Part shown: positions 51,156 to 60,600 of the stretch, in pieces
Numbering within the stretch: the first letter of the stretch is position 1
Layout of the letters: the number at the start of each line of letters is the position of its first letter
Assembly (NCBI GenBank): GCA_963515305.1
Contig: CAUPWX010000012.1
Span: forward strand, 5,144 to 69,143
Reading direction: 5' to 3'
Origin: an uncultured Brevundimonas sp.
GTDB lineage: Bacteria > Pseudomonadota > Alphaproteobacteria > Caulobacterales > Caulobacteraceae
Length of the DNA: 64,000 bases
Made by a program: the position numbers and the translations under genes
The notes under the pieces: generated by a model
Database searches by the model: none
What the model saw: the letters and a program-made list of their open reading frames with translations, nothing else
What the model was told of the DNA's origin: nothing

Positions 51156-51623
51156 GTGAATTGCAGAGATTGCTCGATCAAGCTCGTCGTCCCTGACACT
51201 TGGTCGCCAAGCCTCGCTGCTCGTCCAAATCGTATTTGCCGTGACTGTCACGCGGCGAAAGCACGAGCGCGATATGCCAAAAACAAAGACAGAGTAGCGA
51301 ATTTACAGCGTCTATGGGCGCAGCGAAATCCTGATCGCGTCAACTCCTACAAGGGGTTTCGCCGTCAACGAATGCGCGAACTTGCCCCCGGTGCTGATCG
51401 GAATGCCATCCGCGCTTTCTACCGGCTGGCGAAGCTTTTGGAAAAGCACAACCCCGGCGTCCGCTACCACGTCGATCACATCATCCCGTTGAGCAGAGGC
51501 GGGCTACATCACCAAGACAATCTTCAGGTGATGCGGGCCGACTTTAACCTGCGGAAATCTAACAAAACCTATAGTTCCGAAGGAGATCGCGCCCATGCTG
51601 GCTGCGCCCATGACGGAACTTGA
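51156..51623 (+). CDS. HNH endonuclease with N-terminal Zn finger
   Basis: CRDC...CRDC; YHVDHIIPLSRGGLHHQDNLQVM...NLRKSNK. Confidence 0.88.
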   Translation: MNCRDCSIKLVVPDTWSPSLAARPNRICRDCHAAKARARYAKNKDRVANLQRLWAQRNPDRVNSYKGFRRQRMRELAPGADRNAIRAFYRLAKLLEKHNPGVRYHVDHIIPLSRGGLHHQDNLQVMRADFNLRKSNKTYSSEGDRAHAGCAHDGT

Positions 51624-52206
51624 GGCCGTCAACGACATGCTGATCGGCATCGGCCAGCTTCCCGTCAACGCCATCATTCCCGAGATCGTGGACCAGTCCA
51701 TCGCGCTCGGCGAACTGAACAAGGTCGTTCGCGAAGTCTGCCTCTACGGCTTCAAGTTCAACACCGATGAGGACTTCGTTCTCTCCCCCGACATCGACGG
51801 CTTTATCGCCGTCCCCACCGGCGCCCTCGACATCGACCCGATGGATAAGGCGCAGGACATCATTGTTCGAAAGCATCCATCGAAAGGCTTCGGCCTCTGG
51901 GACGCCGCGAACCTGACGTGGGTGATGGCCCTTCCGGTCAAGGTCCGCGTCAAGTGGTCGTTCACGTTCGACGCCCTGCCGGAGGCCGCCCGTGGCTACG
52001 CCGTCATCGCCGCCGGTCGCAAGTTCACCGCTCGGGTTGTGGGCGACCCAGCCGCCGACCGCTTCGGCGAAGAGGATCAGCGACGCGCTTGGCTGACGCT
52101 GCAACGCCAGCAGTCCGCCTCGGCCGACATCAACATCTTTCGCGCCAACAAGGCTCTTTCCGCATCTCTGAACCGGCGCGGCCGAGCTTGGAGGTCCGAT
52201 AAGTGA
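51595..52206 (+). CDS. Tail tubular protein A (gp11-like)
   Basis: TELEAVNDML..IGQLPV, G.KFNT, FDALPEAAR.Y...AGRKF. Confidence 0.92.
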   Translation: MLAAPMTELEAVNDMLIGIGQLPVNAIIPEIVDQSIALGELNKVVREVCLYGFKFNTDEDFVLSPDIDGFIAVPTGALDIDPMDKAQDIIVRKHPSKGFGLWDAANLTWVMALPVKVRVKWSFTFDALPEAARGYAVIAAGRKFTARVVGDPAADRFGEEDQRRAWLTLQRQQSASADINIFRANKALSASLNRRGRAWRSDK

Positions 52207-54410
52207 GCCTCGTGACCCGCTCGCTGCCGTCCCTGCACGGGGGCGTTTCGCAGCAATCGCCGCTGGTCCGCTCGCCCGATCAACTCGAAAGCCTGACCAA
52301 CGGCTGGCCGTCCATCGCGACCGGCCTGACCAAACGCGCACCTTCCGAGGTCGTCGCTCGGCTTATGCCGACCGCGCCGGAAAACGCACACGTCCACACC
52401 ATCAACCGCGACACCACAGAGCAGTATGTGGTGATCGTCGCAGACGGCCAGATCAAGGTGTTCGACACACTCACCGGCCAAGAGAAGCCCGTCACCGCCC
52501 CCGGCGGCTGGGCCTACCTCTCGACCGTCGAGGACTACGGCACGGACATCTCGGCGTTCAGCGTCGCGGACTACACCTTCATCACCAATCGTCGGATGAA
52601 GTGCGCCATGGGTGCGCTGGGCGCCGACACCCAAGCTGATCCCGCCGAGCAAATCTGGCTCAACCGCCGGATCGGCACGGATGCGAACGGCGATCCCTAC
52701 GCGCCGGGCAGCACCTACACCTATCCGCCTAACCCGACCGCTGGCGTCATCACCGGCACGGTGCAGCGTTTCGACAAACTGCCGCCCGTCAATCAGGGCG
52801 ACACGCCCCCGCCCGAAGGCGCCATCTACCGCGTCCAAGGCGACGAGACGGGAGGCTTCATGTCCTACTACGTCGTCCGTCGCGGCGGCGTCTGGGAGGA
52901 ATGCGTCAAGCCCGGACTGGTCAACGCCATCGACTACAAGACCATGCCCCACGCCCTCGTTCGTGAGGCCGATGGAAGCTTCGTCTTCGCTCCGTTCTCG
53001 TGGGCGCCCCGCCGCGTCGGCGACACGGACATCAACCCAAACCCCGGCTTCATCGGCCGCCCGATCCGCAAGGTGTTCTTCTATCAGAACCGCTTGGCCT
53101 TCCTCTACGACGAGAACTGCATCCTCTCGTGCGTCGGCGACTTCGGAAACTTCTGGCGTATGTCGCAAACCGACTATCTGGAAAGCGACGTGCTGGACGC
53201 CGGGGCGACCTCGACCAAGGTCTCGCCTCTGCTGGATGCGACCACACACAATGACGGCATCCTGCTCACGTCCGACCAAACGCAGTTCAGCCTCTCGCAC
53301 GGCGAACTCGGCTTGAACGCCTCGTCCCTCGCGATCCGGCCGACGACAAACTACACCGTCAACACCGTCGCTGGCCTCGCCTCGCTCGGCTCCGAAATCT
53401 ACTTCGCGGTCGAGAACAGCGGCTTCGCCAAGGTCATGGAATACACCCGGCTCGCCGGGGCGGACACGACCACGGCTTCGGACGTGACGGCGCACTGCGA
53501 CCGCTACATCCCGGCGGGCGTCCACGCGCTGATCCCGGCCGATGACCTGTCGGCTCTGTTCATCCTGACGAACGGCGCCCCGAGCAAGGTCTACTGCTAC
53601 AACTTCTATTGGGCCTCGTCCGACGAGAAGCTTCAGTCCGCGTGGCATGAATGGGACTTCGGACCCGGCGCCCGGATCGTCTCTGGCGCCTACCTCAAGG
53701 GAACGCTTTACCTCACGGTTCAGCGAAACGATGGCCTATGGTTGGAGAGGGTCAACCTGACCGCTGGCTCGCGCCCGGTGCAGGCGACCCATCAAATCCA
53801 TCTGGATCGTCGGGCGACCGTGACCGGAACCTATCAGGCCACGCCGAACACGACGCAGTTCATCTTGCCCTATCGGCCGGTGAAAGCCCGATTCCAGATG
53901 GTTCGAGGCAACGCCTTCGCGGGCCGCCCCGAAACGCTGATCGACCCCTCGACCTACATCTGGATCACGGATAACATCGTCGAGGTTCCGGCCAGCGAGA
54001 TCGCCGGGCCTGTCGTCGTCGGGGAAGGCTACGAGTTCGCGTTCGAGTTCTCGACCCAATACATGCGGACCCAGCGCGGAGAGGCCATCACGACCGGCCG
54101 AACCACGCTTCGCACCTTCACCCTGAACTTCGTGGACACCGCCTACTTCAAGACATCGGTCGCGCCCTATGGCGTCAATCCGAATGTCGAGGAAATCCTG
54201 CCGTCCAAACTCTCGCAGTTCACCGGCAAGACCGTGGGCGCCGCCAGCTTCCGTCTGAACACGCCAGCCTATGCGACCGGCTCACACCGCTTTCAGGTCT
54301 ACGGCCAGAACACGGCGACCCGCATCCGCATCGTGAACGACACCTACGCCGCCTCGACATTCGTCGCGGCCGAGTGGGAAGCTAACTACTACAACCGTTC
54401 CAGAACCTGA
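52203..54410 (+). CDS. Tail tubular protein B (gp12-like)
   Basis: L.GGVSQQ, GLTKRAP, SVADYTFITN, MPHALVR, FYQNRLAFL, QSAWHEW. Confidence 0.93.
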   Translation: MSLVTRSLPSLHGGVSQQSPLVRSPDQLESLTNGWPSIATGLTKRAPSEVVARLMPTAPENAHVHTINRDTTEQYVVIVADGQIKVFDTLTGQEKPVTAPGGWAYLSTVEDYGTDISAFSVADYTFITNRRMKCAMGALGADTQADPAEQIWLNRRIGTDANGDPYAPGSTYTYPPNPTAGVITGTVQRFDKLPPVNQGDTPPPEGAIYRVQGDETGGFMSYYVVRRGGVWEECVKPGLVNAIDYKTMPHALVREADGSFVFAPFSWAPRRVGDTDINPNPGFIGRPIRKVFFYQNRLAFLYDENCILSCVGDFGNFWRMSQTDYLESDVLDAGATSTKVSPLLDATTHNDGILLTSDQTQFSLSHGELGLNASSLAIRPTTNYTVNTVAGLASLGSEIYFAVENSGFAKVMEYTRLAGADTTTASDVTAHCDRYIPAGVHALIPADDLSALFILTNGAPSKVYCYNFYWASSDEKLQSAWHEWDFGPGARIVSGAYLKGTLYLTVQRNDGLWLERVNLTAGSRPVQATHQIHLDRRATVTGTYQATPNTTQFILPYRPVKARFQMVRGNAFAGRPETLIDPSTYIWITDNIVEVPASEIAGPVVVGEGYEFAFEFSTQYMRTQRGEAITTGRTTLRTFTLNFVDTAYFKTSVAPYGVNPNVEEILPSKLSQFTGKTVGAASFRLNTPAYATGSHRFQVYGQNTATRIRIVNDTYAASTFVAAEWEANYYNRSRT

Positions 54411-54429
54411 CCGCTTACGGGCGGTCAGG
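54406..54429 (+). other. Stem-loop between tail tube B and internal virion protein A (weak terminator or processing site)
   Basis: CCTGACCGC-TTACGG-GCGGTCAGG followed by CCCTTT. Confidence 0.5.
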
Positions 54430-54439
54430 CCCTTTCCCC

Positions 54440-54958
54440 ATGATCGAATTCCACGACCTCGCCGATGTCTCGGGCGAACAGATTCACGACTGGCTCGACG
54501 CCATTGCGAACAACCTTCGGCCCGCCGACTACGACGAGATCAAAGCGACCAATCCGCTCCTGACCATCGGCGATCCAGACCCTCTTCTGGTCCTCACCAT
54601 GTCGGTCATGAACAGCTTGGACGCTTGGGTCATCACCGACGACGGCGAGGCCATCGCCGTCTACGGCGTCGGGCCTTCGGACGAAGCCGGTTCAGGCATC
54701 GTGTGGATGCTCGGGACGCCCGGCATGGAGAGGCCCAGAGCCAAGATCGCCATCGGTCGCGAGACCTATGCCGTGATCAAACGCTGGCACGGGCGTTGGC
54801 CGCGTCTCTTCAATCACGTCGATGCTCGCAACAGCATGAGCATTTTCTGGCTCTTTCGGGCCGGGTTCGAGATCGAGGACGTCGATCTGACCCATGGCCG
54901 CGAGAGCCGCCCATTCTACCTCATCAGCAGCATTCAGGAGGGACCAATCCATCTGTGA
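54440..54958 (+). CDS. Internal virion protein A (gp13-like, acetyltransferase-like fold)
   Basis: LRPADYDEI, G.VWMLGT, LFNHVDARN..SI.WL..AGF; position after gp12. Confidence 0.78.
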   Translation: MIEFHDLADVSGEQIHDWLDAIANNLRPADYDEIKATNPLLTIGDPDPLLVLTMSVMNSLDAWVITDDGEAIAVYGVGPSDEAGSGIVWMLGTPGMERPRAKIAIGRETYAVIKRWHGRWPRLFNHVDARNSMSIFWLFRAGFEIEDVDLTHGRESRPFYLISSIQEGPIHL

Positions 54959-55433
54959 TCCCGTGACTATCATGACGACCATCGCCGTCGTCGGGGCCGC
55001 GACCGAGACCATCGGTCAAATGCAGTCCGCCAAGGCGCAGCAGAAGGCTATCGACGCCCAGCTTGCCACCACCCAGCAGGAAATTCGGGTCGCCCAGACC
55101 GCCGAACTGAACGAGCGTCAGCGCGTCGCTCGCAAGGAGCAGGCCCGCATCAAGGTCGCCGCCGGTGAAGCCGGTCTAAATATCGGTGGAAGCGTCGAAG
55201 CTCTCCTGAAGGACAGCCTCATGCAGAACCAACTTTCCGCCGAACGCACAAACCTCAACGCAGAGTCCCAGCAGCGCGCAGCCGCCGCAGAAGCCAACTC
55301 CATGTCCAGCCGCATCCAGTCGCCGACCATCCTCGGCGCGGGTCTCCGCATCGCTACGGCGGGCGCCCAAGGATACTACGGCGGCAAGAGCATCCAGCTT
55401 CAGCAGAGCGCAGCAGCCAAGGGGCCGAACTGA
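54951..55433 (+). CDS. Internal virion protein B (gp14-like); apparent ATC start, or downstream ATG 54972
   Basis: (I)CDPVT N-terminus, Ala/Gln-rich coiled coil, VAAGEAGL.G.SV; SD AGGAGG upstream of ATC 54951. Confidence 0.75.
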   Translation: MCDPVTIMTTIAVVGAATETIGQMQSAKAQQKAIDAQLATTQQEIRVAQTAELNERQRVARKEQARIKVAAGEAGLNIGGSVEALLKDSLMQNQLSAERTNLNAESQQRAAAAEANSMSSRIQSPTILGAGLRIATAGAQGYYGGKSIQLQQSAAAKGPN

Positions 55434-55436
55434 TCC

Positions 55437-57617
55437 ATGGCCGACCTTTCCAGACAATCCCAGCGTCGCACGACGCAAGACCGCATCACCAACAACCGCG
55501 ATGCGATCCTCCCCACCCGCCGCGAAGATCGGGTTGACCCGGTTCGCGTCAACGCCTCGATGCGCGACGCACAGCGGGGCAACAATCTTGACGAACTTCG
55601 CCGGTTCTTCGGTCAGGCCCAAGACACGGCCGAAGCCTATTTTAGAAACGACATCGCCCAGACGGCGAAGCGAGCGGAAGGCGAATACGCACAGGGCATG
55701 ACCGACGCCTTGGGCGGCGTCGAAATGGACCCGGCCAAGGCCGAGGCCACCGCCTACCAACGCGCCTACTACAGCGTGACGGCCTCGAACCGACAGACGA
55801 AGTTCGAGACGGAGACGACCCAAGGTCTGGACGATCTGATCCAGAGCGGGGCGACCGTCGAAGAGATCGAAACCTACATGCAGGAGCGATCATCGACCTT
55901 CATCGGCGAGGTCTCCGACCTGTTCGAAAGCCCCGAAGTCCGCCTCCAAGTCGGACAGCGGATGCAGCGTTGGTCGAATGACGTGAACGCTCGCGCTTCC
56001 GGCGTCCTGCAAGAGCGCACCGACCGCGAAATGCTGGATATGACCACGGGCGAAGTGCAAGCCGCACTCGGCCGGGGTGAAGGCATCGACCTGCTCGGCA
56101 CAGTCGGGCGGCTCAAAGAGGCTGGCCTTGATGGCGTCGCCGTGCAGGAAGAGGTCGTCAACGCGGTCGTGGCCTACGCCACCCAGACCGGCGATCTAAC
56201 CGGCCTTTACTCGCTGCTCGACACGCGCCGCCCGGAGGATGTCGCGGCCGAGATCGAAGTGGCCCGCGCCGACGCGAACAGCGCAGTGATCGAAGGCAGT
56301 CCATTGCCGTCCGTCACGGCCGAACCCGCACCCGCACCGGCTGCTTCCGCCGCCCCGGCATCGACCTACATCATGCCACTTGAAGGCCGTGTCACATCCG
56401 GCTTGGGCGCCCGACGCGCACCCCTTCGCGGGGCTTCTACCGATCACGGCGGCATCGACATCGCGGTTCCGATTGGGACGCCGGTCGTCGCACCGGCGGA
56501 TGGCGTAGTTGAGTTCGCTGGCCCGCGCGGTCGTGGCGGCAACACCGTCCTGATCCGTCACGCAGACGGACGTGTCACAGGCTACGCCCACCTCGACAGC
56601 ATCAACGTCAAGGCGGGAGATCGCGTCACGCAGGGCACGGCCTTCGCCGCTTCCGGCAACACCGGGAACTCGACCGGCCCGCACCTTCACTTCTCGGCTC
56701 GCGACGCACAGGGCCGACGCATCGACCCTCGCTCCATCGTCGGCCAGCCAGCACAAAACGCGACGCCTGATCCCTCGGCTCCGGCCGTGGAAATGGCGGA
56801 TGCAGACACCCCGGCACAACGGCGCGCTCGCGCACCCGGCGCGTCGGTCCTGACCCCGGCCCAGCAAATCCGCGTCCTAAATGCGATTGAGGGCGTCGAG
56901 GCCGACACCGAACGTCGCACCGAAAAGGCGCGTGTCGAGGCCAAGGACGATCTGACCATCGACCTCTACAACCGCTCGCTTCGCGGCGAGAACGTGGACG
57001 AGGCGATCCAGACCGCAGCGGCCAACGGCGTTCTCGAACCGGGCGAAGCCATGACCATGCGCGGCGCCTTCCGCAGCCTCCGCAACGATGTTGCGGACGG
57101 CGAGGCAAACGAGGATTTGACCCTCAACTACGCCAGCCGCTTCGCGGTTGCCGAACCCAACTACGCCAGCATCGGCGCCCAAGCTGACCGCGACTATAAC
57201 GCGGGACGTTTTGGGACCGGCCGCAATGCGACCCGCGCCTATTTGGCGGTCAAGGAACGTGTGGCGGCTGGCTCGCGTCAGTCGGCCAGCATCCCGCCGG
57301 AGGAACGACGCACAGCGACGGTCGCCCGATCATATGTCGGTTCGGCCCTCGGCGAACTGGTTGGCGAAGGCGCCCCGCCGTCACGTCGCCGCCTCGGCGC
57401 CGACGCCCTGATCGAATGGGAACGCCGCGTCGCAGGAGGCGCAGCCCCCATGAAAGCGGCCGACGACATCATTGCCGAATACACACCCCGACTGACTCAA
57501 CGTGCAGCCGCCCCGCCGGGCGGTGGCAACACCCGCGCCCCCGGCTCAACCCAGACCGCCAGTGCTGGCGGTGTCACGCGCGTCGATAGGAACGGAAACA
57601 TCATCCAAGGAGACTAA
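55437..57617 (+). CDS. Internal virion protein C (gp15 position) with M23 peptidase domain
   Basis: HGGIDIA...GTPVVAPADG...YAHL...GNTGNSTGPHLHF at ~56367-56735. Confidence 0.82.
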   Translation: MADLSRQSQRRTTQDRITNNRDAILPTRREDRVDPVRVNASMRDAQRGNNLDELRRFFGQAQDTAEAYFRNDIAQTAKRAEGEYAQGMTDALGGVEMDPAKAEATAYQRAYYSVTASNRQTKFETETTQGLDDLIQSGATVEEIETYMQERSSTFIGEVSDLFESPEVRLQVGQRMQRWSNDVNARASGVLQERTDREMLDMTTGEVQAALGRGEGIDLLGTVGRLKEAGLDGVAVQEEVVNAVVAYATQTGDLTGLYSLLDTRRPEDVAAEIEVARADANSAVIEGSPLPSVTAEPAPAPAASAAPASTYIMPLEGRVTSGLGARRAPLRGASTDHGGIDIAVPIGTPVVAPADGVVEFAGPRGRGGNTVLIRHADGRVTGYAHLDSINVKAGDRVTQGTAFAASGNTGNSTGPHLHFSARDAQGRRIDPRSIVGQPAQNATPDPSAPAVEMADADTPAQRRARAPGASVLTPAQQIRVLNAIEGVEADTERRTEKARVEAKDDLTIDLYNRSLRGENVDEAIQTAAANGVLEPGEAMTMRGAFRSLRNDVADGEANEDLTLNYASRFAVAEPNYASIGAQADRDYNAGRFGTGRNATRAYLAVKERVAAGSRQSASIPPEERRTATVARSYVGSALGELVGEGAPPSRRRLGADALIEWERRVAGGAAPMKAADDIIAEYTPRLTQRAAAPPGGGNTRAPGSTQTASAGGVTRVDRNGNIIQGD

Positions 57618-60600
57618 TGGCTTCCATCCGCTTCACCGGCCCTGACGGGCACGTTTTCGAGTTCGAGGACGGCACCCCTGAACACGTCCGTCGCGCCTTC
57701 ATTCAACGCCACTACGGCACGTCCCCAGAACAGAACAACAGCCGCCGCTCGGCGGCTGTCTCCCTCTCGGCTCCGAAGGACAAGCGCAGCCTCGGCGAAC
57801 GTCTCGGCGACGTGTTCTCCAATACCTTCAACACCGGCTTCATCGCCGAAGGTTGGCGGGCCGGTCTGGATGACACGGCCGATTACATCGAGGCAGGACA
57901 GCGCGGCGATACGAAAGCCGCCATGGCGGTCAATGACCGCTTCACCCTGAACCCGGTTCGTCTCGTCTCCCGCATCTACAACTCGGGCGGCGTCCTGATG
58001 GACATGACCCGCGACACGCAGAACACCCGCGAAGCGGCTGACGATTGGGTTAGCCGTGAGCGCACCCGTCGTCAGGAATTCGCACAGGCGTCCAAGGACG
58101 ACCCCTTCTGGGAAGCCGAAGGCGGCATTGTCGGCAAGACGCTGCACGGCGGCGCGGCCCTGCTCGGCACCCTCGGGGGCGCCGCGCTGGACCCCACATC
58201 CTACATCACCGGCGGCTCATCAGTCGGCGCCAAGATCGCGGTTCAGGCCACGGTCGCCGGGGCCGTGGACCTGCTCGCCCAGATGGACGCCACCGGCCTG
58301 ACGCAGGATCGCTACGACGTTCTCCAGACCGTGCTTTCGGCTGGCGCCGGTGCGGCCTTTACGGGCGCGTTTGAAGGGGCCGGTGCGCTGATGAAGGGAC
58401 GCGGAACTGTCCGCGCTCGCATTGACGCCGACCTCCGTTCGGAGCCGGTGAACCTGTCACAGACTTTCCGCGACGAACTCGACACGGCCGATGCGATCTC
58501 GCTCCCGGCCCTGACGCTGGATGACTGGACCTTCCGACCCACGAAGCAGGGTCCGGTGTCGGCTCTGCCGATGCGCGTCGAGGCTCCCCGTGCCGAACGC
58601 ATGGACGGCCCGCGTATGGATGGCCCCGAAGCTGGCCCGGACATCAACCCGGAATGGACGAAGGGCATGTCGCCCGAACGGCTCAAAGCCGTGACCGAAC
58701 ACCTCGACCGCCTGAAGGCTTACATCAAGCCGGATCAGGTCGAACTCTTCGTGCGCTGGGCGGGCAAGGAAGCCGTGGACCTCGCGGACGATCCGTCGCC
58801 GCACTGGAACCAAGAGATTTTCGATTTCGACAAGCTGGCGAACGAGCCGGAGAAGTTCGAAGAAATCGTCGGCGTCATGGCCCAGATTTTCAAGCCGCTC
58901 TACGACGCGGCCGGAGACGCCAAGAAGACTTGGAAGTCCGTCGCAGATCGTCAGGCTGCATTCGGCGTCACCGTCTCCGACGTAGTGAAGGCCCATAGCG
59001 ACATCACCGGCGAGAACGGCATCGCGGCCAAGATGCACGCCTTGGAGACAATTTCGATCCAGCACACCGACCATCTCGTGACGAAGATGGCGCAACTGGA
59101 GAAGTCGCTGAACGGCAACGTAATTGACAACAATCTGATCGGCGAGGTGGCCGCCCAACTGCAAGCGACCGTGATGTTCGACGCCATGGCGGCGGGCGCA
59201 AAATCCGAGATCGGCCGCGCCCTCAACATCATGAAGATGGCGAAGCAGCGCAGCCGGATCATCAACGACCTACAGGGCCAGATGGACCTCATGGCCGACG
59301 CCCTCGGCACCGGCGACCTCGACGCGAAGAAGATGGCCGAAGCCCTCAAGCGACTGCGCGAAGCCTACGGCTCGGGCGGCGAACGCGGCCTCAAAGACGA
59401 ACTCCGCAAGGGCCGTCACATGGGGTTCCCCGACTACCTGTCCTACTACATCGTCGCCGGTTATCTGACGACGCCCGCGACCGCCGTCCGCAACGCTGTC
59501 GGCTCGGTTCTCCATGCGTCCATGACGGTCGGGGAACGCTACATCGCCGCTGGGATCACCAGCCCGCTACGGCGCGGCCTCGGGGGAAAGCGCACCTCCG
59601 CAGAGGGCGTCACCTTCCGCGAAGCCAACGCCTATCTGTTCGGCATCCACCAATCTTTCGTCGATGCGACGAAGGCAGGGTTCAAAGCCTTCATCCACGC
59701 GGCCCCGCAGACCGACATCGAAACGAGCGTCGGCCGCTACGCCATGGCCCAGCCGTTCGAGTTCAACGCCGAACGGGTCAAGAAGTGGAAGGAGGGCGGC
59801 ATCAAGGCCGTGCCCGACATGGCGATGACCGGCCTATTCGGAACGCTCCGCACCCTCGGCATTCGCCCCTCCCTCGGGATGGACGAGTTCACGAAGGTCA
59901 TGACGCGCCGGATGCAGATCAACGCGCTGGCCGCCCGTGAAGCCTCCTACCGTTCGGCCCGTCTGCGCGGCGGCGAAGCGGATCGCGTCTTCGCCAAGAC
60001 TCTTGAAGCGGTGACGCAGCGGCCCACGGCCGAAGCCTTCGTTCGCGCCAAATCCGAGTTCGAGGCCACCGGCGAAATCTACGACCCGGCGAAGTCCTAC
60101 ATGGGCGACGCCCGGCTTGAGGAAGCCGCCGATGTGCTTGCCTCGGTCGATCTCTACGAAATGGCGAACGACTACGCGCGGCTCATGGCTTTCCAGAAGA
60201 CCGGCCCGGCCGTCGAGGCTTTCGAAAAGGCGATGAAATACATCCCCATCGTCAAGGCTCTCTACGTCCCGTTCCTCCGCACTCCGCTGAACCTCGTTCG
60301 CGCTGGCATGGTGGATCGCAACCCGGCTCTGGCTTGGCTCACCAAGGAAAACCGTGCGGCGTTCAAGACCTACTTCGCCGCGCTCGACGGTCAGGAAAAG
60401 GCTCTCTCTCGTGGGGGCGCCGAAGCCGACATCGTGATGGCGCGGATGGTCAGCGGCATGGCCCTTATGGGGACCGCCGCCATGCTGTTCGCCAACGGCG
60501 ATCTCGTCGGTAAGCGCACTCCGGCCGAAGAAGAGGACGGGGTGAAATCCTACTCCATCCGCCTCGGGGGCCGCTGGTATCAATACAGCACCCTGTCGCC

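Noticed and set aside
55176..55188. CTAAATATCGGTG, similar to the RNAP-start motif
   Set aside because: Inside a coding region, different register and no flanking GCAYC/GRTGC inverted repeat; probably chance
58601..58630. MDGPR-MDGPE short duplication in the gp16-position protein
   Set aside because: Two-copy micro-duplication in a linker with no further pattern
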